Positions 33,946 to 43,141 of a stretch of DNA of 64,000 nucleotides are shown here, one piece after another. The DNA comes from a virus. Where the stretch lies: positions 286,616 to 350,615 of the IMG/VR virus record IMGVR_UViG_3300046616_000314. One strand, written 5' to 3'. Made by a program: the position numbers and the translations under genes. A model generated the notes under the pieces. That model searched no databases, had not been told where the DNA came from, and saw only the letters and a program-made list of their open reading frames with translations. The first letter of the stretch is position 1. Each line of letters starts with the position of its first letter.

Positions 33946-34923
33946 ATGCGTGCAGTAATTTTTGACATTGATGGCACGCTAGCGAACTGCGATCACCGGT
34001 TGCACTATCTAGACAATGGTCGCAACTGGGATGGCTTCTTCGGTGATATGCATCTGGACACGCCGATTGAGGCGGTGGCTTGGCTTGCCCAATTCATCGC
34101 CTCAAACGCGCGTGCTGGCGCCTTTGACACCGATATGAAGGGCATCATGCGCGACGACCACGTTGCCGTGCTCGTTGTCACCGCGCGCCCCGATGACAAG
34201 GATTATCGCGCCGTCACTGAAAAGTGGCTGGCTGACCATGACATCGTGTACGATAAAATTTACATGCGTGCCGGTGGAGACTATCGCCCTGACCAAATCG
34301 TCAAGGGCGAAATCCTTCAGCAAATCCTTGAAGATGGCTACGATCCCTTCTTGGTGGTCGATGACCGTCCGCAAGTGGTGGATATGTGGCGTAGCTTCGG
34401 CATCACCACGTTCCAATGTGCGGCTGATGAGAGCAAGCGTTGCCGCCCCGAAGATCAAGGCAAGCTGCTTCTGACGATGCTGGTTGGTCCCGCGTGTGCG
34501 GGTAAGAGCACCTATTGCAAGAAACACTTCAAGGCGGATGACATCATTTCGACTGATGACATTCGGGTGCAACTGTACGGGGATCGTTCAAAAGGGCATA
34601 ATCCCGATGAGCTTGCGCGCACGTGGAAGTATGCTCACTCGCTGATCAAGGCACGGTTGGAGAATGGCGTATACACGGTTCTGGACGCCACGAACCTCAA
34701 GAAGAAAGATCGCCTCAAGGTTCTGGAATCGGTTCCTTCGGGCGTGTTGGTCGAGTACGTTGTGTTGGATCGCGATTATGATACGAAGATCGCGGAACGC
34801 GGTGTGCGCTCTGTTGAACTGATTGATAAACACCATAAAACGTTTAAAAGCCAAATCAAAGAAATCCTGAATGCAGACGGGATGGGCTTTGTGATGGTGA
34901 AGGACGCGAGAGAAAAGAAATGA
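33946..34923 (+). CDS. pnkp: polynucleotide kinase-phosphatase (N-terminal HAD 3'-phosphatase, C-terminal P-loop 5'-kinase)
   Basis: HAD motifs VIFDIDGTL (DxDGT), VLVVTARPD, K...VVDDRPQ, then Walker A LLTMLVGPACAGKST. Start taken at ATG 33946, immediately after the upstream stop. Confidence 0.7.
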   Translation: MRAVIFDIDGTLANCDHRLHYLDNGRNWDGFFGDMHLDTPIEAVAWLAQFIASNARAGAFDTDMKGIMRDDHVAVLVVTARPDDKDYRAVTEKWLADHDIVYDKIYMRAGGDYRPDQIVKGEILQQILEDGYDPFLVVDDRPQVVDMWRSFGITTFQCAADESKRCRPEDQGKLLLTMLVGPACAGKSTYCKKHFKADDIISTDDIRVQLYGDRSKGHNPDELARTWKYAHSLIKARLENGVYTVLDATNLKKKDRLKVLESVPSGVLVEYVVLDRDYDTKIAERGVRSVELIDKHHKTFKSQIKEILNADGMGFVMVKDAREKK

Positions 34924-35237
34924 AATATTATGCGTTGCCACTAAACGGAGAGTATGACACCCGACTGTCTTACGACCAATCGGGTTTGCAATCCGTTGAG
35001 TGGCGAGATTATGCGGGTCAGTTCACACTTGAACTGACTTTGACTGAATTTTTGAATCAATATCAAAGCATTGCTGGTTGGATGGACCGTAATGGTTTCA
35101 CCGATGCTGACTTTGATGCGATTCTAGAAGTGTCCGAGAACAACCGGAGCGAAACTTGCGTTCTGGTCGCCTTCTTGGATTCGGATCAACGTATGCTGTT
35201 CAAGATGAAGTACGGCGGCAATTTTTGGATGACTTAA
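34920..35237 (+). CDS. small protein of the F[KR][LM]K[YW]GG family
   Basis: Ends ...DSDQRMLFKMKYGGNFWMT. Confidence 0.5.
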   Translation: MKYYALPLNGEYDTRLSYDQSGLQSVEWRDYAGQFTLELTLTEFLNQYQSIAGWMDRNGFTDADFDAILEVSENNRSETCVLVAFLDSDQRMLFKMKYGGNFWMT

Positions 35238-35594
35238 ATGCTATTTGATGAAGCTACGGCAAACAAAATTTGTGATCTTCTGATGCCCCTGGTCGATAAC
35301 GAACACGGCATGGGCGTGCTGCAAAAGGGTTTGGGGTTCACCGTGACCCCCGAATTCCTTGAAGCCATGATGCAAGCTGACAGCTTTTGCTCTGGCTTTG
35401 TTCTATCGAGCATTGTTCCGCGTGAGCAAGCCGAAGAAGTATATAACGAGAATCTTCGTTTGAGCCTTGAAAAGGCTGATGACGAACACAACTCGACATA
35501 TGGTCCAAATACCCCGGCTCATATCGTCATGGCGCAAATCAAAGAGCGTCATAAGGACAAGTATCCCAACATGAAGTGGGGCGACGAAGATTAG
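35238..35594 (+). CDS. hypothetical protein
   Basis: 118 aa ORF. Confidence 0.45.
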   Translation: MLFDEATANKICDLLMPLVDNEHGMGVLQKGLGFTVTPEFLEAMMQADSFCSGFVLSSIVPREQAEEVYNENLRLSLEKADDEHNSTYGPNTPAHIVMAQIKERHKDKYPNMKWGDED

Positions 35595-35597
35595 TGC

Positions 35598-35626
35598 TTG
35601 ACACACTAAGTAATTAGTGTACTATG
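35598..35626 (+). promoter_or_regulatory. sigma70-like promoter candidate (TTAGTGCTTGACA ... TACTAT)
   Basis: TTGACA at 35598-35603, a 16-17 nt spacer, then TACTAT; the 13-mer TTAGTGCTTGACA is shared with 9345-9359. Confidence 0.3.
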
Positions 35627-35658
35627 CTGTTATTGATTAGCAGCATAGGCAACCGCAC

Positions 35659-35988
35659 ATGACCCGCAAGACTTTCGCTCTCGCCGCTGTCGCCGTTCTG
35701 GCTGCTGCCGCCGCCGCTGCTGGTGGTGCGATCACCGTCAATAAGTATGTCGAAGCCCGCGTGGCTGTCGCCACGAAGATCGGCTACTACGACGGTTATT
35801 ATGCCCACGACGGCTACGACATGATGAAGTCGGTTGGTCAACTGTGTGACGCGGCTGTCAAGCTTCATGTTAAGCGCGGCGAGAATAAGGAAGCCGAAGC
35901 TCTTTTCGTGGAATGCCCGACCTATTACGCCAAGGCGGAAGATTTCAAGCCGAAGACCGATGCGTTCGGCAACGCTCTGAAGAAATAA
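35659..35988 (+). CDS. secreted small protein (signal peptide)
   Basis: MTRKTFALAAVAVLAAAAAAAGGA: classic Sec signal peptide. Confidence 0.5.
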   Translation: MTRKTFALAAVAVLAAAAAAAGGAITVNKYVEARVAVATKIGYYDGYYAHDGYDMMKSVGQLCDAAVKLHVKRGENKEAEALFVECPTYYAKAEDFKPKTDAFGNALKK

Positions 35989-36030
35989 ACTGCGGACTCT
36001 TTGCCGAATTAACTGCCAATAAATATTGGC

Positions 36031-36402
36031 ATGAAATTCAATGGCGACGCCCTTCTTAAGTTCCTCAAAGCCCTCCCGGCAATCTCTTTCGCGATTATGC
36101 TGGGTGCTGGCGTTGTGGCGACTTGCTTTGCCATCTGGTATACCTACATTATTGCGTATCGTACGTGGCCCGAAAGTGCCGTTCCTCAACAATTGGGAGC
36201 CGTTACTATCGGTCTGTACATTTCGCTTGGTTTGATTGGTGCAGTTCTGTTTGTCCTGGCATTCGGCAAGATCGATAGTCTTAAGATCACAACGGCTACC
36301 GGCATCGGTGGAGAAATCGACTTTGATGAAGATCACAGTGCGGCTCCCCAAGTTGTGACCACAACGACAACAACTGTTGCTCCTACGCCACCAACCGTAT
36401 AA
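36031..36402 (+). CDS. membrane protein
   Basis: Three hydrophobic helices; C-terminal TTTTTVAPTPPT. Confidence 0.45.
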   Translation: MKFNGDALLKFLKALPAISFAIMLGAGVVATCFAIWYTYIIAYRTWPESAVPQQLGAVTIGLYISLGLIGAVLFVLAFGKIDSLKITTATGIGGEIDFDEDHSAAPQVVTTTTTTVAPTPPTV

Positions 36403-36438
36403 TTTGACTTAGCCTAAGCGGCGCCATATAATGCGCCC

Positions 36439-37131
36439 ATGGTTGATATTCTTTTCCTTGCTAGAGAGTGGGCGTCGATTCATCGCGCCGAAGAAATCCG
36501 TCCGAGTTGGATGGAATTCTTCAGAATTTTGTGGGCATATTCAAGCAAGGGTCGTTTCTATCACACCCTTAAGCATCTAGAGCATGGCTTGCGCTTTATT
36601 GCGAACAACCATGCCAATGCCCGCGCAGTTCACATTGCCAAACTGGCATATTTTTATCATGACATCGTGTACAACGCCACGCGCGAGGATCACACGAACG
36701 AAGAAGATAGCGCAGAGGCGTTCATCGCCTATACACGCGCCGTTGGGTTCTCTTCGGATACCATCACGCATGGTGTCGCTCTGATTTACGCGACGAAGAA
36801 TCATTTCGCAGATCATTTCTCCAATCGTGCGGATGGCGGCTATTTGATTCAGTCGCTTTGGGCAATCATGAGCGACGCTGACCTGTGTATCCTGGCGTCA
36901 AACGAAGAAACCTATCTGGGCTATGCCACCAAAATTTGGCATGAGTATAAGATCGTTGGCGAAGAAAAATATATCGAAGGTCGCCTAAATTTCCTTCGCA
37001 AGGTCGCGGATAACAACGTCAAAATTTTCAAGACGCCTAAGATGATTGAGCATTTCGAACAGAAAGCTCACATGAATCTGGTGAATGAAATTTCACGCCT
37101 GACCGTGATCCCACATTCAATCATCAAATGA
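36439..37131 (+). CDS. HD-domain metal-dependent phosphohydrolase (predicted)
   Basis: FYHTLKHLEHGLRF ... AYFYHDIVYN (H...HD motif spacing). Confidence 0.45.
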   Translation: MVDILFLAREWASIHRAEEIRPSWMEFFRILWAYSSKGRFYHTLKHLEHGLRFIANNHANARAVHIAKLAYFYHDIVYNATREDHTNEEDSAEAFIAYTRAVGFSSDTITHGVALIYATKNHFADHFSNRADGGYLIQSLWAIMSDADLCILASNEETYLGYATKIWHEYKIVGEEKYIEGRLNFLRKVADNNVKIFKTPKMIEHFEQKAHMNLVNEISRLTVIPHSIIK

Positions 37132-37394
37132 GATACGGTGCGCCTGTCCCGAATGAGTATATTCAATATACTTGGGCGGATGATGATGAGCGATACTATC
37201 AAGGTATCGAAGATAAGGAACAGGTGAAGGAAGAACTTTACGATTGGTGCGATGACAATCTCGCTGATCCATACAAATTTTCTCTGGACCTAACGGGGTA
37301 CTACCCTGGTGGGGCAATGGTATGGAAGTTAGTCACCGATAACGAGGATGACGCCACGTTTTTCATGATGAAGTGGGGCGGGCTTAATCCTTAG
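37128..37394 (+). CDS. small protein of the F[KR][LM]KWGG family
   Basis: Ends ...DNEDDATFFMMKWGGLNP. Confidence 0.5.
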   Translation: MRYGAPVPNEYIQYTWADDDERYYQGIEDKEQVKEELYDWCDDNLADPYKFSLDLTGYYPGGAMVWKLVTDNEDDATFFMMKWGGLNP

Positions 37395-38091
37395 CCCAAC
37401 GTGATTTCATGACTTCGGGTTGTTGCGTAAAATTCCCGGTCTCTTGGTTATACCATCCTGCAAATTTTGGATGGCTGGTCAGGAATTCCAATTCTTCATC
37501 TTTCAACGGGAATGAGCCGTATGGACCATTCATCGAACTGATATAGATAGCGATCAGAAATTGATCCAAAGGCTTTACGGCGCCTTCCGCCGCTTTGAAA
37601 CGTTCCCATTCGTCGCCCATGACCCGGCGGCGCAACGGGTTCGGGTTTTCGCTATCTTTCTCGTCGTCCTCGCCGTTGTATTTGTCGAGGGTTGACTTGG
37701 TGACTACGAATTCTTCGCGTTCATTTTTGTGATGATTCCCGCTGGGGATGCTGTAACCCCAATTGAATGGAATGATTTTATAGCGTTGAGCGATTTTGGC
37801 TTGATCTAGTTTGATCATGACATCGCCCCACTTCATAGCGAAGTGAGGATCGCGGGTAAGTGAGATACCTTTCATCCAATAGGAATCTTCATATTCGGGA
37901 TCATTGTCTTTGCGACGCTTGCCATCAGCCCAAAAGCGTTGGGTGGTAGTCCCGCCCATTTCGTTCTTGTTTAGGGCTGCAATAGCCTTCCAAGCGTCTC
38001 GATAGCCATGCCAAAGAGCCGCGTCGCGACCTTCCATAATCATCACGTTCTCCGGTGTGATTCCTTCGACAATGTTCATCAAATCGCGCAT
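37384..38091 (-). CDS. hypothetical protein
   Basis: 235 aa ORF. Confidence 0.5.
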   Translation of the reverse strand: MRDLMNIVEGITPENVMIMEGRDAALWHGYRDAWKAIAALNKNEMGGTTTQRFWADGKRRKDNDPEYEDSYWMKGISLTRDPHFAMKWGDVMIKLDQAKIAQRYKIIPFNWGYSIPSGNHHKNEREEFVVTKSTLDKYNGEDDEKDSENPNPLRRRVMGDEWERFKAAEGAVKPLDQFLIAIYISSMNGPYGSFPLKDEELEFLTSHPKFAGWYNQETGNFTQQPEVMKSRWAKD

Positions 38092-38118
38092 TGAAATATT
38101 TATCCACTAAATACTTTC

Positions 38119-38499
38119 ATGGACATTCCCGGTTTCGACCCAAAAGTATTCACTGATCAGCAATTACTCGACAAAGAAACCGAGTTGCATAAGCGTATCG
38201 CCTATGCCGCTCGCTTCGCGGGGGCTGATACTATTCAACAATTTCAAAATTTCCTACAGGCGATTGCGACCGAACGAATGGAACGCCTAGTTCATTCAAC
38301 ATGGGAAATGCGTCAAAAGATGTTCCCAGATGTTATTGAGTCTGATCCCGACATGATTGAGAAAAAAGATAGTGAAATTGAGACCAAAGATGCGGTAAGA
38401 TCAGGGCGTAGAGTTGGTAGAGACCGCCTTGGAACCAAGGTGATTATGGAAAAATCTTCAACCCCTACGACTAATTTGATTACACCAAATAAAAAGTAA
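38119..38499 (+). CDS. hypothetical protein
   Basis: 126 aa ORF. Confidence 0.45.
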   Translation: MDIPGFDPKVFTDQQLLDKETELHKRIAYAARFAGADTIQQFQNFLQAIATERMERLVHSTWEMRQKMFPDVIESDPDMIEKKDSEIETKDAVRSGRRVGRDRLGTKVIMEKSSTPTTNLITPNKK

Positions 38500-38509
38500 G
38501 GTATTTTTC

Positions 38510-39208
38510 ATGGGTGATGAAGATGAACTGCCCGGCGTATATACTACATATAATTTTGAACTAAAATTAATTCGCTGTCTTGAAAACATGCTGGTTCCAA
38601 CCACGCTAAAGGTCGCGGCTGAATTCATTGCTATAGAAGATGCCGATGAGGACGATATTGATTTCGCCTTCACCAAAATTCGCTATTGGCTGGATTACGT
38701 TGTTTCCAAGAGCGTTGTTTTCTCACACGACAATTCGTCCGCAATCGAAATGTTTATTGACGAATCCACCAATTCTCGGCTGGGTAACGTCATGGTGCTA
38801 ACGCCCGAAGAACCGGACGATCAGCATCTTGCGGCAATCCTCCAAGCCAAGCTTACGGCACTGGCGGGCGGTAGTCTGATTTTTGGTCCGATGGAACTGA
38901 CATCGGATAACATCGTCGGCTTGACGTTTACGTTCATTGGCGATTCGAGTGCCGTTCTTCCGTCTAACGAAGAGTGGGCTGGTACACGAACCTATTTCGA
39001 TGAACCTTGGTGGAACCGCGATGATGGTTCGACCCTGGACGTGCTTCCACCGGAAGATGCCGATCTGAGCATCAAGCCTAGCTGGGCGTTCAATTTCGAT
39101 TTCCTAAAGAAAAATCGACAGAACCCGACCAAGGCTGGTATGATCGTCAGACCTGAATTTAAGCCGACCGTCATCACGGGTGGCAAGACCGAAGATAAAG
39201 ATGATTGA
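38510..39208 (+). CDS. hypothetical protein
   Basis: 232 aa, acidic. Confidence 0.5.
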   Translation: MGDEDELPGVYTTYNFELKLIRCLENMLVPTTLKVAAEFIAIEDADEDDIDFAFTKIRYWLDYVVSKSVVFSHDNSSAIEMFIDESTNSRLGNVMVLTPEEPDDQHLAAILQAKLTALAGGSLIFGPMELTSDNIVGLTFTFIGDSSAVLPSNEEWAGTRTYFDEPWWNRDDGSTLDVLPPEDADLSIKPSWAFNFDFLKKNRQNPTKAGMIVRPEFKPTVITGGKTEDKDD

Positions 39209-39734
39209 TAACGTAACACGCAAGGTCGATGCTTGGGGTCGAATTATTGTCGATTCCAGTGCTCTTGTTGATCTCATTTACGATGGCGTCGATATCACTA
39301 CTCTTCTCGTTGAGAGTAATGAAGAGACTGCTGCGTTCAATGATCTATGCAAGAAATTCGACAAAGCGGATAGCGTTCTCAGAACACCGGAACCGCTGGA
39401 CATTGATCCAGCGGATTTCCACGCCGAAAAATCGTCTACATGGGCTATATCCAAGGATATACAGGAACTAGACGTTCGGTCGCTATTGCTGTCTCTGTGC
39501 TCATCTGAGACGGCTACAGCACGTGTTAATATGGAAATGGATATGTTTGAAGAAAGAGGTTTGATCCCCTTGCTTCAACTCATGGTCTATCTGGTTGACC
39601 ATTTCAGACAGAATAAAATCGTGTGGGGCGTCGGGCGCGGTAGTTCGGTTTCGAGCTATTGCCTGTATCTGATCGGCGTCCACAAAATCGACAGCATCCA
39701 ATACGACTTGGATATCAACGATTTCTTGAAGTAG
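39180..39734 (+). CDS. hypothetical protein
   Basis: 184 aa ORF. Confidence 0.45.
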   Translation: MARPKIKMIDNVTRKVDAWGRIIVDSSALVDLIYDGVDITTLLVESNEETAAFNDLCKKFDKADSVLRTPEPLDIDPADFHAEKSSTWAISKDIQELDVRSLLLSLCSSETATARVNMEMDMFEERGLIPLLQLMVYLVDHFRQNKIVWGVGRGSSVSSYCLYLIGVHKIDSIQYDLDINDFLK

Positions 39735-40059
39735 CGTTTCTGACGCCAGCCAAGAGGCTGAACTTAGAACCACTGGCGCCTTGAATGATAGACCGGCGCA
39801 TTTTCTCAAATTCTGCCAGTTCTTCAAGGGACAGGACTTCGCCACCGAACTTGATTCGGAACACGGCTGCGTCCTCGGCATTCTCGAAATAATAATCCGA
39901 GAAGTAGGCGTGATGGTGGGCAGACCAATTGCCCTGGCGACCATTCGCCTTGATGAACTTGTAATAGGTGCCGCGTTCTGGACCGTTTTCGGTCCATTCC
40001 CGAGCAACCCGCACGATATGCGGAGCGGCGATATGCTTATAATCGACATACTTACCCAT
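39715..40059 (-). CDS. small protein of the F[KR][LI]K[FH]GG family
   Basis: ...GNWSAHHHAYFSDYYFENAEDAAVFRIKFGGEV; tandem paralog of the next gene. Confidence 0.5.
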   Translation of the reverse strand: MGKYVDYKHIAAPHIVRVAREWTENGPERGTYYKFIKANGRQGNWSAHHHAYFSDYYFENAEDAAVFRIKFGGEVLSLEELAEFEKMRRSIIQGASGSKFSLLAGVRNATSRNR

Positions 40060-40271
40060 TACGGAATTTCCTTAATGCGATTGCCACCATGCTTAAGAAT
40101 GAAGAAAGTAGCATCTTCTTCATTTTCGAAATAGAAATACGAATGCCTCCGATGGCGAATACACCAATTACCCGTAAGGTTAAGGTCTTTCATCACAATC
40201 GAAAGATCACGCCTCCCCAAATCAATGAGGAAGGCGTTCTTTAGTTTAGAGTGGAGAACGTGATCTCCCAT
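40059..40271 (-). CDS. small protein of the F[KR][LI]K[FH]GG family
   Basis: ...GNWCIRHRRHSYFYFENEEDATFFILKHGGNRI. Confidence 0.5.
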   Translation of the reverse strand: MGDHVLHSKLKNAFLIDLGRRDLSIVMKDLNLTGNWCIRHRRHSYFYFENEEDATFFILKHGGNRIKEIP

Positions 40272-40882
40272 TAGTCTTCCGTCTTCGGAGCGTGCATGGC
40301 GCGAACCAGACGCATTTGATTCTTCAAGCTATGCTTGATGATTTCGTACGCGCGTTCCTGTTGCGGAAAGTTGCGTCGAGCTTGCTTCAGCATCGGAATG
40401 ATATTTTCTTCCGCGAAATCGACATAGCTCAATTGCTTCGCTGGGGTGAACACGCCGACCATGGACGAGAAATTGTGATCGCGATCAATGCCCTTGTCGA
40501 GGCTGGCGATAGGGTCATTGCTCATGCTGATGAACAATTCCTTCTCGTCGCGCTTCACACCGCGATATTCCTTCGTCATGTTCCACACGGCGTTACCGGT
40601 CAGGTCGCCGAAGCGAGCGCGAAGGGTGGCGGGATCAACGTCGTAATCCTCGCTCACGTCGTGCAGGAGAGCCGTGCTGATGGTTTCTTCCGGGTGCATC
40701 AGATCGGGCAGAGCCCGCGCCAGATGCGCGATGCTGACCTGATGTTCGAATTCGGGCGTCACGCCATCCTTGCGAAAGCCGGTGTGCAGCGATTCGGCGA
40801 AATCCATGGCTTCCAGAGCCTTGTTGAAGCCCCGACCCAGGAGCCAATACCGAAGTGCAATACGGCGTTTTTCGAAGGACAT
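40271..40882 (-). CDS. small alarmone hydrolase (SpoT/RelA-type HD domain, (p)ppGpp hydrolase)
   Basis: HQVSIAHLARAL...ISTALLHDVSEDYDV matches the SpoT/Mesh1 HD motif ...H...Hpl.VA..L...ALLHDv.ED; single-domain, 203 aa. Confidence 0.7.
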   Translation of the reverse strand: MSFEKRRIALRYWLLGRGFNKALEAMDFAESLHTGFRKDGVTPEFEHQVSIAHLARALPDLMHPEETISTALLHDVSEDYDVDPATLRARFGDLTGNAVWNMTKEYRGVKRDEKELFISMSNDPIASLDKGIDRDHNFSSMVGVFTPAKQLSYVDFAEENIIPMLKQARRNFPQQERAYEIIKHSLKNQMRLVRAMHAPKTED

Positions 40883-40958
40883 ATGAACAACCTTTCTGTC
40901 TACATAATTAGAGTAACACAGAAATATAGAGTTTCAACCAATATTATCCTAAAATGAG

Positions 40959-40966
40959 GATAAATA
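40959..40966 (+). promoter_or_regulatory. late-promoter-like box GATAAATA
   Basis: 7/8 match to TATAAATA, 28 nt upstream of the 40994 ATG. Confidence 0.25.
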
Positions 40967-40993
40967 AGTATACAGAGAATGGAGAATTAACAA

Positions 40994-41344
40994 ATGTCTA
41001 AGATCAAATCCCGTTTTGGTAGAGACCTAGATTTCGGTGCCTTGGTTGCCAAGAACCCGAACACGCCTGCGGCGGGTAATGCTTCGATGAATGCTCGCGG
41101 CGACAAAATTGGTCGCAATGGCGAAATCATCAAGACTCGCGAAGCAATTTCGCACGAATATCACGCGACTTCGCGCACCGTGCAACAACAAGTTGCCCTG
41201 CGTAATCTGAAGTCAGAAGTCTTCCAATCCCCGGCGGAAGCACTTGCTTCGCTGGCTGCGGCGAAAACCGCCCCGGCTCCGGTGGCGGAAGTAGAGAAGA
41301 CCCCTGCGAAGAAACCTCGCAAGCTGGACGACTCGGCAGAATAA
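40994..41344 (+). CDS. hypothetical protein
   Basis: 116 aa, basic with an Ala-rich C-terminus; followed by a terminator. Confidence 0.5.
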   Translation: MSKIKSRFGRDLDFGALVAKNPNTPAAGNASMNARGDKIGRNGEIIKTREAISHEYHATSRTVQQQVALRNLKSEVFQSPAEALASLAAAKTAPAPVAEVEKTPAKKPRKLDDSAE

Positions 41345-41376
41345 AGAAAAGGGCGGGGAAATCCCCGCCCTTTTCA
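41345..41376 (+). terminator. rho-independent terminator
   Basis: AAAAGGGCGGGGAaatCCCCGCCCTTTTCATTTT. Confidence 0.65.
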
Positions 41377-41596
41377 TTTTACAGATTATTCGATTTCACC
41401 AATTAAGGAACCGAACCCCGTTGCCCTATGTAGAAGAACACGCCCGTCTGTAGTCGGCTGCGTTTTGCGAAGGACCATCCGCAAATACACAATATCATGT
41501 TTCAAAAGTCTGTCAACGAAAATTTTCGTAAAAATGAAATTGCAATCTGTTAACCAAACCTGTATTCTACGTTAATCAATTAAGTACAGGTATTTT

Positions 41597-41950
41597 ATGT
41601 CCATTTTAACCCGTGCAGAGATTAGCACATTTACACCGCTTGTTAATCATGTCTTTGTGACCGATCTGGATTCTGGTGTTCAAAAAACAAAGAATGGCAT
41701 CCTAATTCCCGATGACAACATGACCAATCGTGGCGTTCGTCCGCGTTGGGGTCAAGTCTATGCAGTTGGTCCCGACGTGACCGAACTGAAGCCGGGCGAG
41801 TGGATTTATATCGAACACGGTCGCTGGACCGAACGCATCACGCTTCAATTTGAAGACCATGAAGTCAACGTTTGGCGCGTCGATTTCCCTGCGGCTGTCA
41901 TGGTTGCCTCGGAAACCGATCCACGAAATACCGACCGAACCACACTTTAA
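41597..41950 (+). CDS. GroES-like co-chaperonin (phage Cpn10 / gp31-like)
   Basis: LVNHVFVTDLDSGVQKTKNGILIPDD...GQVYAVGPDV...LKPGEWIY parallels GroES (LKPLGDRVLVK...TAGGIILPDSAKEKPQ.GEVVAVGPG......VKVGD.VLF). Confidence 0.55.
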   Translation: MSILTRAEISTFTPLVNHVFVTDLDSGVQKTKNGILIPDDNMTNRGVRPRWGQVYAVGPDVTELKPGEWIYIEHGRWTERITLQFEDHEVNVWRVDFPAAVMVASETDPRNTDRTTL

Positions 41951-42015
41951 AATTGGTTTTTCCGTTTCGGTCTGGTATGGTTAACCATACTTTGAAAATT
42001 TAGGTTTTTTGATTA

Positions 42016-42951
42016 ATGAGCGTTGAACTCTGGGTGGAAAAATACCGCCCGAATACCCTTGACGAATTCGTCTGGAAAGATACCGCGCAGCGCAAAACAG
42101 CCGAAGAATGGATCAAGCAAGGCGCCTTCCCGCACCTGATGTTCTCGGGTGTCCAGGGTTCGGGTAAGACCAGCCTTGCCAAACTTCTGCTAAAGATGCT
42201 GAACATCCCTCGGGGTGACATCTTGGAAATCAACGCTAGTCGTGAACGTCAAGTTGACGTTATCCAAGATCGCATCGTTAATTTCGTTCAGACTTGGGCT
42301 CTTGGTCCGACTGGTATTAAGTACATTATTCTTGACGAAGCTGACAGCATGAGCCAATTGGCTCAACGTGTTCTTCGCGGGGAAATGGAAAAGTATCACG
42401 ATATGTGCCGGTTTATTTTGACCTGCAACTATCCTGAACGTATCATTCCGGCTATTCACTCGCGTTGCCAGGGCTACCGTTTCGGTTCTCTGGACTCCGA
42501 TGAATTCACGGCTCGGGTGGGTGAAATTCTCGTCACGGAAAACGTCAATTTCGAAGTTGACGACCTTCTGGTGTACGTGGAAAAGACCTATCCCGACCTA
42601 CGGAAGTGTATCAACCTTGCTCAACAACATTCGTCGTCGGGTACGCTCGCGCCGCTTGAAGCTGATGAGGAAGGTACAAAGGATTACCTAGTTGATATGG
42701 TCAATCTGTTCAACTCGGGTAAGTTCTTGGAAGCTCGTAAGCTTGTTGTCGGTCAGGCGCAAGTCGAAGAGTATCCCGAAATCTTCAAGTTCATGTATCG
42801 TAACCTGAACTTGTGGGGTGCTACCGAAGACAAGCAGGATGAGGCTTTGCTTATCATCCGGCGCGGTCTGGTAAATCACGCGGTAGTAGCGGACTTTGAA
42901 ATCAATCTGGCGGCGACGCTGGCTGAACTTTCGCGTCTGGCAAAATCGTAG
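42016..42951 (+). CDS. gp44: sliding-clamp loader large subunit (gp44 / RFC small-subunit homolog)
   Basis: WVEKYRPNTLDEFV (the RFC box), Walker A GVQGSGKTS, DEAD-like ILDEADSM, sensor ILTCNYPERIIPAIHSRC. Confidence 0.85.
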   Translation: MSVELWVEKYRPNTLDEFVWKDTAQRKTAEEWIKQGAFPHLMFSGVQGSGKTSLAKLLLKMLNIPRGDILEINASRERQVDVIQDRIVNFVQTWALGPTGIKYIILDEADSMSQLAQRVLRGEMEKYHDMCRFILTCNYPERIIPAIHSRCQGYRFGSLDSDEFTARVGEILVTENVNFEVDDLLVYVEKTYPDLRKCINLAQQHSSSGTLAPLEADEEGTKDYLVDMVNLFNSGKFLEARKLVVGQAQVEEYPEIFKFMYRNLNLWGATEDKQDEALLIIRRGLVNHAVVADFEINLAATLAELSRLAKS

Positions 42952-42958
42952 GATAACA

Positions 42959-43138
42959 ATGATTCCTGATTTGGAAATTTATAGTGCCATTCGGCGCGCT
43001 GATGGTTCCGTTCTCGTAACTTTTAGCAATCAACGAATGGAAAAATATAGCAATCCAGTGGACATTGCAGTTATCATACAGAAATTGAAGAGACAGCAAG
43101 AAACTCTGCCTCCTAGATTTCCTAGTTTATTATCTTAA
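42959..43138 (+). CDS. small hypothetical protein
   Basis: 59 aa starting MIPDLEIY, just after the gp44 stop. Confidence 0.3.
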   Translation: MIPDLEIYSAIRRADGSVLVTFSNQRMEKYSNPVDIAVIIQKLKRQQETLPPRFPSLLS

Positions 43139-43141
43139 TTT

